The translations under genes and the position numbers were made by a program. A DNA stretch of 64,000 bases, taken from assembly GCA_905178155.1 (NCBI GenBank), contig CAJINV010000023.1, positions 212,722-276,721 of the forward strand, written 5' to 3'. Positions 50,100 through 63,200 of the stretch are shown here, one piece after another. The number at the start of each line of letters is the position of its first letter. The stretch's first letter is position 1. The stretch comes from Amoebophrya sp. A120 (taxonomy: Eukaryota; Protista; Dinoflagellata). Below the pieces are notes generated by a model. The model was not told the origin of the DNA. It saw only the letters and a program-made list of their open reading frames with translations, and made no database searches.

Positions 50100-50585
50100 A
50101 TGCACAAAGTCTACTTGCTGCTTTGCAAAGTAAGAAGAAAAAGGGCGTCGACTTGTGCGTTTTATACGCCGGCGTCGACGACCGCCAACAACGGGTCAAC
50201 CCAAGACGAACCTGCGGAAGCGGGTGCCAACAACGTGCCTGCAGTGTCAACAATCACCAACGGGACCGCTGCGTCAGCAGCGGGGGGCAACACCGACGCA
50301 GAACTTGTCGCGCTCACAACGCTATCCGCCCAGTTCCAGACCCTCGAGAACCTTCTGAAGGATCTGGAAGTATGCTCCAATGACGAAAAGGAGAAGGATT
50401 GCAGGCAGAAACTGGACTCCCTGATGAACTTCTGCGCGAAGAAGCTGGAGGATTTGGAAAGCCATGACAAAGTCGCGGAGGATTTGGCGCGCGAGCAGGA
50501 ATATCAGGAGGCGATCAAAGGGCTCAAGCGCCTGATCCAAAGGGCGGAGCGCATCTTCTGGCTGTTGTTGTACTTTCGGGACGTC
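50100..50585 (+). CDS. Exon of a hypothetical helical protein
   Basis: GC-rich ORF ending at introner 50586-50890 (TSD acgtc). The frame continues as DVLKEYGG. Confidence 0.4.
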
Positions 50586-50890
50586 TATACATTGCAAATA
50601 AGTTCTTGGGGTCTGGCTCTGGGCCGATGCTGACTGTTATATATGATGGGCACTACTTCAGATTTCTCAAAATCTTCTTCGCCCAAGCACAGCAAAACCA
50701 GTGCTCTGTCTACTTTTTGTCGTCGAAGTCTGAGCGTTGTTATGCAGGACCCTAGGAATCGAGCGCGCCAACGTCTGAAAGTATATGGACCGAATGCTTA
50801 CATACCAGGGCTGCTGGTGCTGCATGGACCGCATGACAAACTAACACCTCCACCCATTTCCAGACCACCCAGAAGTATTTGCATTTCATA
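50586..50890. mobile_element. Introner family A-like
   Basis: TSD acgtc. Confidence 0.85.
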
Positions 50891-51175
50891 ACGTCCTGAA
50901 AGAGTACGGCGGGCTCAGTCGTTGCAATCACTCATCTGCTTGTGCTGCGCGAGCTTCTCTAGCCTCATCGTGCTGCGAAAGAAAAACGATTCGTGCACCC
51001 CTTACGGTTTCAAGCAGGAATACAACTTGTAAGTACGTATTTTCCTGCAGCACAGTTTTGGGCTCTGCTCTTCTAGTACATAGGCATAATTATAGCAGAG
51101 CCCAAAACTGTTAAACAGTTGGCATTGTTGTCTGATTGTAGTGCCTGAGCACCCTACACACACTTGCACAAGTTA

Positions 51176-52035
51176 GGGAAAAAAATTTCTGTGATTGCTT
51201 CAAAAATTCGACCCCGCCAGAACACGCAAAAAAAAGCGGTTTTTTGGGGGTTTTAAGCGATTTGGCAGCCCGCCCTCGGGCCCCGGAGCCCCGGCGAATT
51301 TGGCTGGCGGCTGTTGCGTTTCGCATAGTAGGAACTGCGGCCGAATGAAGCCATTGGGCAGGAGCGAGCGGCGCCGCCGGGCGCTCGTCCTCGCGTGTTT
51401 CTCAGGTTCCGAGGGCGGCCACGAAGTTGGCCCGGCCCCACCCCCGACGCAGCCCGGCGGGCGCATCAGGTCCAGGCCTGTTGTGGCCCGACCGACCGAG
51501 AGGGAAGCGTCAGGCCCCGGAGCTCACACGCGCCAACAGCAAGTAGGAGCCCCAGAACCCACCCCGAAAAACGATTCCCAAAAGCGACCCCCTTTCCCCC
51601 AGCAGAGTCCGGCGACTTGAAACACCCCCAAAACCAACTCCCCCTAGCCACCTCCCTTCGGGGCCGGGCAGGGCGAAATCTGCGGGAGCTTTCTTGTCCT
51701 GTGCAGCACTCCCGCCTTGGGGACCCGTAGGCGCCGTCGACATTTTCCATGAGCAGAAGTCTTGAAGCCTTGCCGTGAGCTGCGCGCCCGCAGCTGAGAT
51801 TTCCTGCCCTCGCGCGACCGGTTCATGTAGAGCACGACTGAAGGGCTCCCCGCGGTTCGAAGGAGTCACACATCACGGCTGCCCAGGCGGGCCAAAACGA
51901 TTCGGGTGGTTTTTGCGCAGTCGCTGACGGCGTAAAAAAGCGAAAAGCCTATTTTCCCAAAAAAAACAGTCTTCTTTTTTGCATGCTCTGGCGGGGTCGA
52001 ATTTTTGAAGAAGCAATCACAAAACTTTTCTCCCC
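51176..52035. mobile_element. MITE with about 75-bp imperfect TIR
   Basis: gggaaaaaatttctgtgattgcttcaaaaattcgaccccgccag and its inverse at about 51957-52035; flanks tta/taa (TWA or TA TSD). Confidence 0.8.
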
Positions 52036-54625
52036 TAAACAAGCTCGGCCGCATCGCCGATGATAAAACAACAGACAAGAACAAGTACGTGAGGATGCAT
52101 GTCGAGGTAATAAAACCTATCCAGGGGGACCGGAAAAACAAACTGCAAAGCCGCATCAGAACAAGCGAAGTCGGTCGAGCAGATGAAAAGAACGAGCTCA
52201 GCACGGTGTGTTCTTCTGCGGTCATATCGATCCTCAACACGCTTTACGTCGCCAACTCGGAGTCTACCAAATTGAAAAAGGCTCTCGCAGAAAAATTGAC
52301 GGAGCAACCGGAGAACGCGGCTGGCACCCGCACGGACACGGAGGAGTCAGCCACCCAGGGGCTGCATACAATTGTGGATACTGTTGCTAGCGCCACTCGT
52401 ATTAAATGGTAAACCTAAACTCGACTAGGCCTTCGCATTCCGTGCACAATGGCCTACGACTTCTGTGTGGGGTCGTCGTGGGGCATGGAGAGGAAAGAAA
52501 AAAGAAAACGCGATGCATGAAAAGCCTTGCTCTTTCTTGTTGTGTACAAGTTCCAGTCAGCGCAGTGTCGCACGAAAATCAACCACGAGCAGAATGCGTT
52601 GCTTTGATATATATTTTGACAAGCCGGCCGTCTTGTGGGCCAACAATATTTTTACTCGGTACTGGTTCTGTACATAGTTAGTTTATTGCTCTGCGTGAGG
52701 AGGTCCAGTCGGGTTTACTTTTCCTACGGATGAACCCACACTCAACGTAGCAAGGGGCTGCATGCTGCAGACGGTGTTGCTGTTCATAGCATTTCAGTGT
52801 GTTGAAAAGCAAGAAAATGAAATAAGGAGGGCAATCGGTGTGTGATGCGCCAGAGAAATAAGAATTATGAATGCAGAAGTTGTACTTATTAGCTGCTCGG
52901 TTGCCGTTTATTTTAGTTTTCCTGGACCTGAAAGCCATTTCTTTGATACGGCGTTGTCTCCTGCATGCTCGGAAATCCGGAAACGCAGAAGGCCGCCAAA
53001 TAAAACCAACTTTATGCATGGGCCGTGTCGATTTTGGTAGTTTCGTTCGATGTTGCTTTAGGATTGTAAGCGGAACTTCAATGCTGGGCACGCAAACGGC
53101 AACCAATTTTAGTTTTGAGTGTTATGCATTGAGAATAGAAGTTGTAGTCGGGCTTTGGAAGAGTCCAAGTTTCTATATGCTGATTTTGATTTGCAGTAAT
53201 CAGAAATCTGTATAGCGTAAGTGCTAAAAAGAAAAGCGCCGCTTTTCGGTATTAAAAAAGCAAGCTTTGTTTTCATGCGGGGTGAGCATCAGCAAGCCTT
53301 CGCAAAGCTTACAAAAATGCGCTGCGTGCATTACAGCTTATCTAGCTGCTCCAGAACCAGAACATGCATGATCATGACAAAAAAGCGCACTCTTGCAGAC
53401 CCGGACAGATGATTTTCAATTCATAAGTGTTGAGAGGAGCTGTAATTTTCCGCACGAGCAGCTCTCTTGCTACGCCTCCGCAATCCGGAACGCCTGCGCC
53501 GGAACAAAGCACAGCGACATCAACTGTGCCTGGCTCCTCCGGGACTACGACTGGCACTGGAGGTGAACCTCCGTTCCCTACTGCTGCATCGGTGACACTT
53601 ATCACGGGAACGCCTAGCGCGAGCACGACCACGAACCCGGCGACCAAAAGTACGGCCACGAACCTCTTCAAGGACATCAAACTGCCCCCCGTACGGGTCC
53701 CCAACGGCGGCGCTCCGTCCCAGGATACCCATACCTCAGTGAAAAACTATATCCCGGCGGAGCAAGGAGAAGGCGAGCAGTAAATGTGCTCTCTTGTTTT
53801 TCCCAGTGGGACACACACACAGCATCAGCATGAACTATTTTACAACAATTGTTTCATGTCATTCGGGAACTGAATAAGAATGGCACACAGAAGCAACTAC
53901 GGCTCGTTGGTTGGTACCGTACCTATCGGCTGTAGAAGCAACTTAGCAAAAAGAAAAAGATTTTTCATATATCGAATTCATAAAATATTTGTTCATTTTT
54001 GCCGGGCGTTTTTTCACTCCGAGCAATGCAAACGGACAAGAACCGTCCTCGTCCATACTAGCTGCAGGTGACGAGGATCGCCAGGCGGAGGTGAAAGTCA
54101 ACAAGGCTGACACACAGTGTACGGAGGAAAACCAGCTGAACGATCAGGACGGCGAGCGTGGAAACGCGGAAGACTCGCGCGGCGAGGACTCGGTGGACCC
54201 GGCGATCTCGCCGCCGGCCAACTCGCCGCAAGAGGGCGCGTCCACCACCGAAGACGAACCCGGTGCGGAGCGAGAGCCGCAACAAGGAACATCGCCAGAG
54301 GCGTAAGTCTACCGCGACGACGAGGGTGACAATCTCTATTTGGACCAATAGCACCGTCAGCATTGTGGTGCGGGGGCGTGCAGACTTTTTTATAGAAAAG
54401 GACGATAAGAAAACGACTTTTCTCATACGAGATCGATGCTCTCAATGCCGGCCAGAAACACTTTTTCAAAAGTCTAAATCTTACTTCAACTTGCGTCAAG
54501 TTCTCGATCACACGAATGCATCTGGCGGCTTAGAAAATATTTGCAAGTACTTCAATACTGTCTATGGCGTTGTTGACAAGATATGCTGTTTATTAAGAGT
54601 CTTTTTGAATCAACGACATCGGAGC

Positions 54626-54918
54626 TATGCTGCGTGAACACGTCCCCACCCTAGAGTTGCCATGCAGATTTGCATGCTCAGAGTCACCATCGAATGTCTG
54701 TCATGAGCAGCTCCATGGGGACCTTTTTTTCATGGTATTTTGGAATTTGTCTTGCTAAAGTCAGGATAAGCTCAGCGATTTTCTACTCGGCTTTAGTGCT
54801 AGCTAAACACGATTACATTGCATCCCCAAACTTGTCATGCGCCACAGCCAAACTTTGTCGATCTATGTAGCTAAGTACCCATCACTTGCCTCGGGTGGGG
54901 ACGTTTTGACACAGGATA
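54626..54918. mobile_element. Introner family D
   Basis: tatgctgcgtgaacacgtccccaccc / gggtggggacgttttgacacaggata; TSD ggagc/ggggt. Confidence 0.8.
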
Positions 54919-55209
54919 GGGGTAGCGGGATTTTGAATTGATATTATTATAGGGGTTCAACGAATACGAATGGCAATTAAGCGTTATCATACGACTTTTT
55001 AGAGTGTCAGCATATATCATCTTATCTTGATGTAAAGTTAAAAAGGAGACTGCTCTGACACAAGCAAGCCCTGGCGAGTTGGGCTACGTACTGACTTTCC
55101 GCCGTGAGCCAGGAGCTAGTTAAGGCCCACAAAGATGCCAGCTCTTTCTATTGCTCATGCTCTGGTTCACGCGAGATGTACAGCCTAGAAAAAATCTGAT
55201 TACAATGAG

Positions 55210-55533
55210 GGGCGGGGTCACGAAATGTGCGACTAGGTCCTCAACGGAACTTTGACCCACCCAGCTGGGTGTGCCTTAGGTTCCCTGACCCAAGAACTAA
55301 GCTATGAATCCACGACAGCTCCGGATCGCGAGCGTTTCAATTTTCTTGCCTTTGTTTTTTATTTTTTTATTGCGTCTAGATTTCCAACTTTGCGCCGGGT
55401 GTATTAAAATGAAAAGCAGCGAGGAGCTGTGTTGGGTTCATAACTTGATTTCTGGGGCGGGGGACCTAAGGCCCACCCGGCCGTGTGGGTCGATGTTCCC
55501 CTGAGGACCTAATCGCACACTTTGTGATCCTCC
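55210..55533. mobile_element. Old MITE with about 110-bp imperfect TIR, related to the TIR of 35390-36885
   Basis: Arms about 55210-55322 and 55423-55533; shares gcggggtcac and ggccgggtgg.cctta with the 35.4-kb element. Confidence 0.7.
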
Positions 55534-56389
55534 AAAGAATTACGCCTCCACTTTCCAATGGAAATAGGATCGCTTTCGTTTGTTTAAAGTAGTTTTTCCT
55601 CATCAAGTTCAATGAAGTAGTAGTATTCGACAACGATGTGGCTTAGATAGATTACAGACGGCTCGGACTACCGCGTCACGGAGTCCCCAGCTGAAAAATG
55701 TAATTTTCCTGGAAACGGTGACGGGTTCTCGGAAGCAGCGCCCAACAAGAACGCAACTTCGAGTGGAGGAAGCAAGCACTTGAATTCCTGGTCGTGGCAA
55801 GAGCTCGGTGTCGCCCAACGCAACAGGAGCGACCGCAAACGTGATTGGAGAGCCGCTGTCTGGCGTCAGTGGGCAAGATCCTGCTGTCGCCATTATCCGA
55901 TTAAATTCTGGCCACTTTGGCAACAAGCACGATACTTGGACCAGTTGCGCGAGTACAAGGCGCAGGGCGGAATGAACCTCGTTGACATCTTTATTTAACA
56001 TATCGGGTGTTTTTCTCATCTGGAAAGAGAACATGCTGCTGGTGGTGGACATCTTCTTCTTCACGTAGAAAAAAGATAAAATCTTCGAAGAGGTGTATGC
56101 TAAGTAGGGGGCTGAACAGCTTCCGCCAGGTTGGGACGAAATACGATTTGTCGTTTTCTGTTGGAAAAATAAGCATTGCAAATCCCACTTCCAGGAAAAA
56201 AATTCAAAAAAAGGAACAAACACGGCACTGCGCATTTCAAAAGGCGCAGCGGAGGTCAACGCGCAATATATCATAGCCGGAAACACGGCGCAAAAAAGGG
56301 GAAACAGTAATGGGGCTTAAGGGGTTTTATATATTACAATGAAACATAAAAATTCAAATTTCTGCACGGTGGGCTGGACTCGGCGCACC

Positions 56390-57690
56390 TCATGAAAGCT
56401 TCCGCTACCCCTGCGGAATGGCCACCAAAGACAAGCGCAGCCTGCTGAATGCACTGTTTTTGATTTTGATTTCAAATTGTTGAAAATCAACCCTGAAATC
56501 AAAAACAACATTCGCCGCATGGTACGGTGCCAGTGGTCGAGCCCGGCGGAGGGGTAGCGGAGGCCACATGGCAGAAAGTAATAGTCCAACTTAGGTCGCG
56601 CAAAAAAATACTTTCGCGCATTGTGATTTTTTGGGCCAAAATCCGCAACAAAACAAAATAGTCATTTTCCCCACGCTACGCTGATTTCGCCGGACCTCCC
56701 CGACCCCTCCGCTGCCCCTCCGCAGTCTAGGCCAATGTCTACCACAGCATGCCGAATAGTGGTTTTTTTGATTTTGATTTCAAATTGTTGAAAATCGACC
56801 CTGAAATCAAAAACAACACTCGCTGCATGGTACGGTGCCAGTGGTCGAGCCCGGCGGAGGGGTAGCGGAGGCCACATGGCAGAAAGTAATAGTCCAATTT
56901 AGGTGGTGCAAAAAAATACTTTCGTGCATTGTGATTTTTTGGGCCAAAATCCGCAACAAAACAAAATAGTCACTTTTCCCACGCTGCGCTGATTTCGCCG
57001 GAGCTCCCCGACCCCTCCGCTGCCCCTCCGCAGTCTAGGCCAATGTCTACCACAGCATGCCGAATAGTGGTTTTTTTGATTTTGATTTCAAAGTGTTGAA
57101 AATCGACCCTGAAATCAAAAACAAGATTCGCCGCATGGTATGGCGCCAGTGGTCGAGCCCGGCGGAGGGGTAGCGGAGGCCACATGGCAGAAAGTAGTAG
57201 TCCAATTTAGGTCGTGCAAAAAAATACTTTCGCGCATTCTGATTTTTTGGGCCAAAATCCGCAACAAAGCAGAATAGTCACTTTCCCCACGCTACGCCGA
57301 TTTCGCCGGACCTCCCCAACCCCTCCGCTGCCCCTCCGCAGTCTAGGCCAATGTCCACCACAGCATGCGGAATATTGTTTTTTTTGATTTTGATTCAAAA
57401 TTGTTGAAAATCAACCGTGAATTCAAAAACAATACTCGCCGCATGGTATGGTGCCAGTGGTCGAGCCCGGCGGAGGGGTAGCGGAGGCCACATGGCAGAA
57501 AGTAATACTCCAATTTAGGTCGTGCAAAAAAATACTTTCGCGCATTGTGATTTTTTGGGCCAAAATCCGCAACAAAACAACATTAGTCACTTTCCCCACG
57601 CTGCGCTGATTTCGCCAGACCTCCCCAACCCTTCCGCTACCCCTCCGGAATGGCCATCAAATACAAGCACAGCGTGCTGAGTGCATATGA
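56390..57690. repeat. 308-bp satellite array 3 (about 4 units), second family
   Basis: gcatggta markers near 56517, 56825, 57133 and 57441; bracketed by a 35-bp direct repeat at 56221 and 57751. Confidence 0.9.
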
Positions 57691-59558
57691 TGCACTGTTT
57701 GCTTTGGAATATTCGCAAACGACCGAAAAAAATCTAAAAAGAGCAGCAAGCACGGCACTGTGCATCTCAAACGGCGCAGCGGAGGGCTTCTCTTGTTGTA
57801 ACAGTGGGGATTGCAATGCTTGTGCATGTCATGATGTCATAGTGTAGTAACCTGTTGCGCCCGCTCTCTGGTTGCGGCGCAGTGTGCTCGAGAACCGCGG
57901 GAAGGAGTACGCGAGCTACTCTCCGGGCAAATTCGTATTCTGCCCTGAACCAAACAACGGCTTGTTAACAAGGACTGCGCCTAGTGCACGATATGGCGGA
58001 GGCAGAGGACATCTTGGACAAAGTGTGGGCCTTCGCTTGCCATGTGTTTCCAGTGCTCTTCGTCGCGATCATCTATGGCGCTGTCAAGCGTTACCCTGTC
58101 CCTGATCGCTTTTGTGCGGTTTTTGCTTGGTAGGTTTGCCATGCAATATCAGCAGAAGCAAGCTGGGCTCAGGAATGTTGAATAGTGCAAGATGATTAGC
58201 AGGTGCGAACTCTGTTTGCGCGGTTTGTGATGGAAGATTGAATGGCATAAGGAAGCAGAAGTGTAGACTCTCTGTGTGACAAGTTTAGCATGGATCTCTG
58301 ATGTGCTGTTCAGCGCAAAATAGGTAGCTCTAGCTTGATCGTGCGTGCAAAATGTCAAAAAAGATTCTGTGTGAAAGATCAATAAAGAAGCCAGCACCCG
58401 CACCCCCAGCGATCAATATAACGCTTGAAAGCACCATAGTTTCCTCCTGCATGATGTGGCAACCTTGTCGTGGTCCTGGGACCTCCTGGGAAGCATCTTC
58501 CTCTTGGCGTGTGGAGTCGCGCACCTGTATCTTATCGAACGCACATACTGGCTAGAGCTTTTATTCATGTGCAAACGCTCCTTAACCCGTAAGTAGAGTG
58601 GCTGCATGTTCGCGACTTCTTTCAGAGAGTCTACTTTCGCACCAAGCCGTGTCCCCATCTGTCAGGCTTTAATGAACAGTCGCACAGCCAATCAGATAGA
58701 AGGGCTGGCGTCTCTTTGACAACTGCCGGTATGGCACAACCCCGCTCGAAGTGAGCTTGATGCGATCCAGCACCAGATGCTGCAGTGTTGTAGTGAACGA
58801 AGAGCACGCAAGAAACTTACACCCGACGTTTCGCCGCTTCGCAATCTTCCCACATTCTCGCGGGGTAAGAAAAGTTGCGCTGAATAACGGGAGTGCAGGA
58901 ACGTAGTTTGTGATCTCCCGCGCAAGGATTTGCAGAAGCTTCACACCGCGACGAAAACTCGGGAGTCGCAGAAACCAAAACAGGACAGCCGGGAAACAAT
59001 CGTCGAGAGCATCATTGAGCACGTCGCGCCGGCAGTTTCTACAGCAGCAGCTGGTCTTTGCCGTTCGCTTCGCTGGAGTGGGTTGCTAACAGGACTTTTT
59101 TTTGGTCTGGCTGCCCGGCCGTTGCTCAACTTTGTCGTTTTCGTCGCTGTAGCGTGGCTGCAGGCCTCCGACGATGTGCCGCCAGCGACAGGGGGCGCTG
59201 GAACCAACTCCACTAACTATTTCCGCTATTTCGATGGGGAGTTTGGTAAGCTGCATATCGGATTAAACAGCAGTACCCGCTCACGGTGTCGAAAAGCTGC
59301 GAAGTACGGTTGTATGTGGCGTAGAGTCACTGGCCTGCGTTTTATTGCGAGAAGATTAAGTAGGATAAACAAAGATTTCTTATGCGTTGCCAAAGTTTAC
59401 GTGGACTCGGACTGTTCTTGCATTTCCTATAATGCTTTCTCTTGTATCACAAACAGGCAAAAGATATGGCGTAATTGACAACAGAACAACTGGCTATTTT
59501 GTTCTGGCAATGCCACGCCTTCGTGCGGGAAGCTTCATAATACCCAACGGCGCTCTCA

Positions 59559-60280
59559 TTGATTCTAGTTCTACGCCAGATTTATACAAAAAACCAGTTC
59601 GCAAGAATCAGAATTCAAGTGCACTTCGTGGCAGGAGATGTAATTCGTGCCTTGGGCGGGCAAACCTTTTTGAACGCGATGCAGCCACTTGGGGAGCAGT
59701 TCGGAAACGAGACGCACGACTTCCATGATGGCACACAGGAGATGGATCCAATGCTTGAAGTGGAGGCGCGCATTCATGACTTCTTCGCTTTGCTAAAGGC
59801 AGCGTCGGACCGAAGTTCTATCAGGTGTAAAAATGTCTGGGTCTGGATGAAATATGCAAGATTTGTGATGCAGGTTTTCCATGACACATGAGGTCTGCGT
59901 CTGGAGTGCGAGGCCGGGCATGACAGATTCTTGGAGGTCTCTAACTCTATCATGCCTTTCCTGCATGAGAAACTCCCTCTCAACTTGGTCAAAAGCGGAC
60001 AGCTTTTGGTACTCACGCAAAAGAGATTTTGCATCATTCAGATTTAGCATGACAAGTTCTAATCTTCCAGACCCAGACATTGATACATTTGATAAGTTCG
60101 CTTCTGGAACAATTGAAAACGGCTCGGCTTGCCGTTATAGCACAATACACAGTCTCTGGGACGACTGGACAAAACATGCCCGCGACGGCATCATCCTGGT
60201 CTAACGTGTATCAGCAATTTAACGCCCCCTGGCTCCTGCCGAACACCAATACCACAGCACTGGCATTGTTACCCTGTTGA
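59559..60280 (+). CDS. Hypothetical protein exons (partial)
   Basis: ORFs 59559-59818 and 60100-60280 join in frame (DRSSLLEQLK) after removing introner 59819-60094. Confidence 0.4.
59819..60094. mobile_element. Introner family A
   Basis: TSD agttc. Confidence 0.9.
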
Positions 60281-63200
60281 GAGTTGCCCGCTTCGCAACA
60301 ACTATACATGCTGTAGCTGCAATCCACCTCTTACAGCCATGCGCCATGGGGTCACCAGTCCTGGTGCGAGCACATTATGTGCTCCCTCGACGGCTCGCCG
60401 TCGCGCCTTGAATCAGCTTAAGCCAGTGACGAATGAGTGTGCGGGAGGCAAAAAAACTGCAGCAGCAGCAGCAGTAAAGTGGTTTTATATAAAGTAATTG
60501 TATTTGCACGGTTATTTTTCATGATTTCTTTTTTCCACACGGCAGAAGAAGGGCCGGCTCTTCTAAGTCAGCCTGTGTGCAGAGCATGTTTACGCCTTCA
60601 AAAAGAAAACGCAAAAAAATGGCGCGGCGCACATTCTTGAAAAAACCAAAAAAGCCTTCGGCTTTGGTCTTCTGAAAGCGCGACCCTCCCTGAAGGTGAT
60701 ACCTCAGCCACTTCAAAGCTGGCGAATTTTCAACGTTCAAAAGCGCGCACGGCCCGCGCCAATAGGATCAAACGCAAGAGACGCCCGAAGGAAGGTCAGA
60801 CCCTTCTGATTCTCGTTTCCCTTTTTTTCCAGAGTCTGTTTTTTTTTTCGTCAACCAAAAAAGCTGTGACCTTCTTTAGAGACTCGTGCTAGTCTTCGGA
60901 AGGGAGATCTACTGTTTCTGTAGGGGTTTTTTGGCCATGAGTCAGCGGTTGACTTTTCTGTACAGTTGGCATCTTCTTTCGAAGCTTCTGAGTGAAGCTT
61001 CAGAAGATGCGTTTTCGCTGCAAAATAGCAGCTCAGGTTGGACCAGCTGGGGGTGGAGGCTAGACACGGTGACGCCATACCCCTCTCGAAATTGCGCCTC
61101 TCCCATGCGAAACTGTTCCTGGGTGTCGCTTGCGTTTCGTCTATTCGAAAATTCCGCCTGCCCAGGCGTCCGCGCTGAAAACAAAACTTCCAGAGAATTG
61201 CAAGCGCAGTCATAATACCTCGAGTGATATCTTCTGTGTGGAGCGGGGCCGCGATTACGTTATGCGCCGCACTAGTCGCGCGAAAATTAAAAACCGCCGA
61301 AATAGTTACTTCACAGCAATAAAAAAAGGAAGATCGGCGCACGCTTTTCCCTCTTGCAGACCTGCCTCGATTTCATCTCGTGGCCATGTCTTTTTCTCAA
61401 ATTTTGGCACGCCCCGCCGACAAGCACCACTGCCACCTTCGGATAAGTTGGGGCACCGTAACGACGAACTGCGTGCCGCCGTATTCTCCGAAAAAACGAC
61501 GAAACCGAAAAAAGGAAGCGAATACAAACTCTACCTCTTTTGCTATTTATGACCCGGCCCCGCCCGGAAGTGGTGTTGCAGCTCAGTATCTAGTTCACAG
61601 CAATGGCAAGTCTCCCCTCAATATCCGCCGATGGAAACTACACTGCCGCCGTTTTATGCAGCTTGTAAGGACCCCCTGCCAGCTTTTCTTGATGTAGGTT
61701 TTGGCCGGGTGCCAATCGAGCCCAAGGCAAAGTGATCTTGTCGCGTCCGAGTCGGGGTCCGGTCGTTGCACACGCTGGCCCCAGCCGCCGGAAGGCCAAC
61801 GGAGGCGGCACGTCCGTGTCGTGAATTGCATTGCAGATCGCACTACGACTGTAGCACGCGTGCGTGCGCTGAATTCATCTTTGACCCGGGTCAGTGGCCT
61901 GGCCGCCTTCGATTATTGTGCGCGGGGCCGAAGATAAACATTCTTGGAGGAACTAAATAAGCATACTAAACTTCTACTAAACTGGTGCAACTCAAAAAGG
62001 AAACCAAGAGCCACTCCTTCCCGCACAGAGCGGCGACATACTCATCTCCTGCCCGCACAGACTCTGTAGGGCGAATGTGGTGAGCCCTCAGCCCAGAGCG
62101 CGACCAAGATTGCCTGCTCTGTGGCCCGAGCCAGCCGGAATGAGCACCTCGCCGTGTTGGTCCGCGATTCTGTTGTGGGCGAACCCCTGCAGCTGTCGAA
62201 GGCGAAGGCGGTTGCAGCTCCCCGTGTTTTGTTCCCTTTTGTCAGTGCCAGCACTATTGCCGCCGCGTTGACTTGGGTCCGCCGCGCGCCGGCGTGTACG
62301 AGCGGTGGATATTCGAACACATCGCAGCCCACGTGCGACGCAGGCATACCTACTTCAGCGCACTTAAGTTCGTATGGCTGACTGAGTCAAGCGCGCGCAC
62401 GGACTAAGGCGAAAATGTTCGAGCGAACGACGCCCCGCGCAGGTGCCCTGCGTCGCTCCGGATTTAACAAGCTTCTGCGATGTTGCCTCCACCCTTTGCC
62501 GCGAGAACAAAAGGCCGGCCAGTGTGCCCCACCCGAGTAGCCGCCCTCAGGAGAAAATGTAGCGGCGGGCATGCGACACCGCCGGCGCGCTCGTTTTCGC
62601 AAGATTGTGGCGTGCGGTGGTCGCGCTTGGGCTTGCGAGTGGCAAAAGCGCGGCCCACTGCAGCGGCGCTGCGCACCAGCATCGTTGCTGCGGGCCGGGG
62701 CGCGCTCTGATGTGCTGCGCCCCCCTCGGCTTCGCGCCCGCTCCCACCTTGGCCGGTAGGTTGTGTTTTTTGTGTATATGCAAGGCCGCCCCGCCCCCTG
62801 GGGCACGCTCGTGCCGAGACCCCGGCACATGAGTCAAAGTATCAAGAATGAGCAGGGGGCCCTTTTCCTTGCTCATAGTTGACTTCCCGCGCCAAGCTGT
62901 AGCACGCGAGGATCCATAGGCCTTGCGGCCTTTCTCCGGTGCCATCGGTACAAAGCAGTCATCCGCAGCTATCGACTTCTATGAATGTGCAGAGAGCCCT
63001 GCAAACCTCAGAAAAGCATGAGTCGGCCCCGCATACAGCTGCGCACGTTGCAGAGAAGTACAGTGCAGCTGGGTGCTTTTTTTATATGTGTGCAGGCTGG
63101 AGAAAGCAACATCCACAAGAGCGCCGCTGCTGGGGTTGCGGGCTGTTTGCCTTGTATTTTTAGTAGACATGGTAGCGGCTCAGCGTGTTGGCCTCATGTC

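Noticed and set aside
5361-60204. Recurrent peptides such as IKCKNVWVW, LPDPDIF, QKYRTR and GKIPPPHI as protein domains
   Set aside because: They are translations of introner TIRs.
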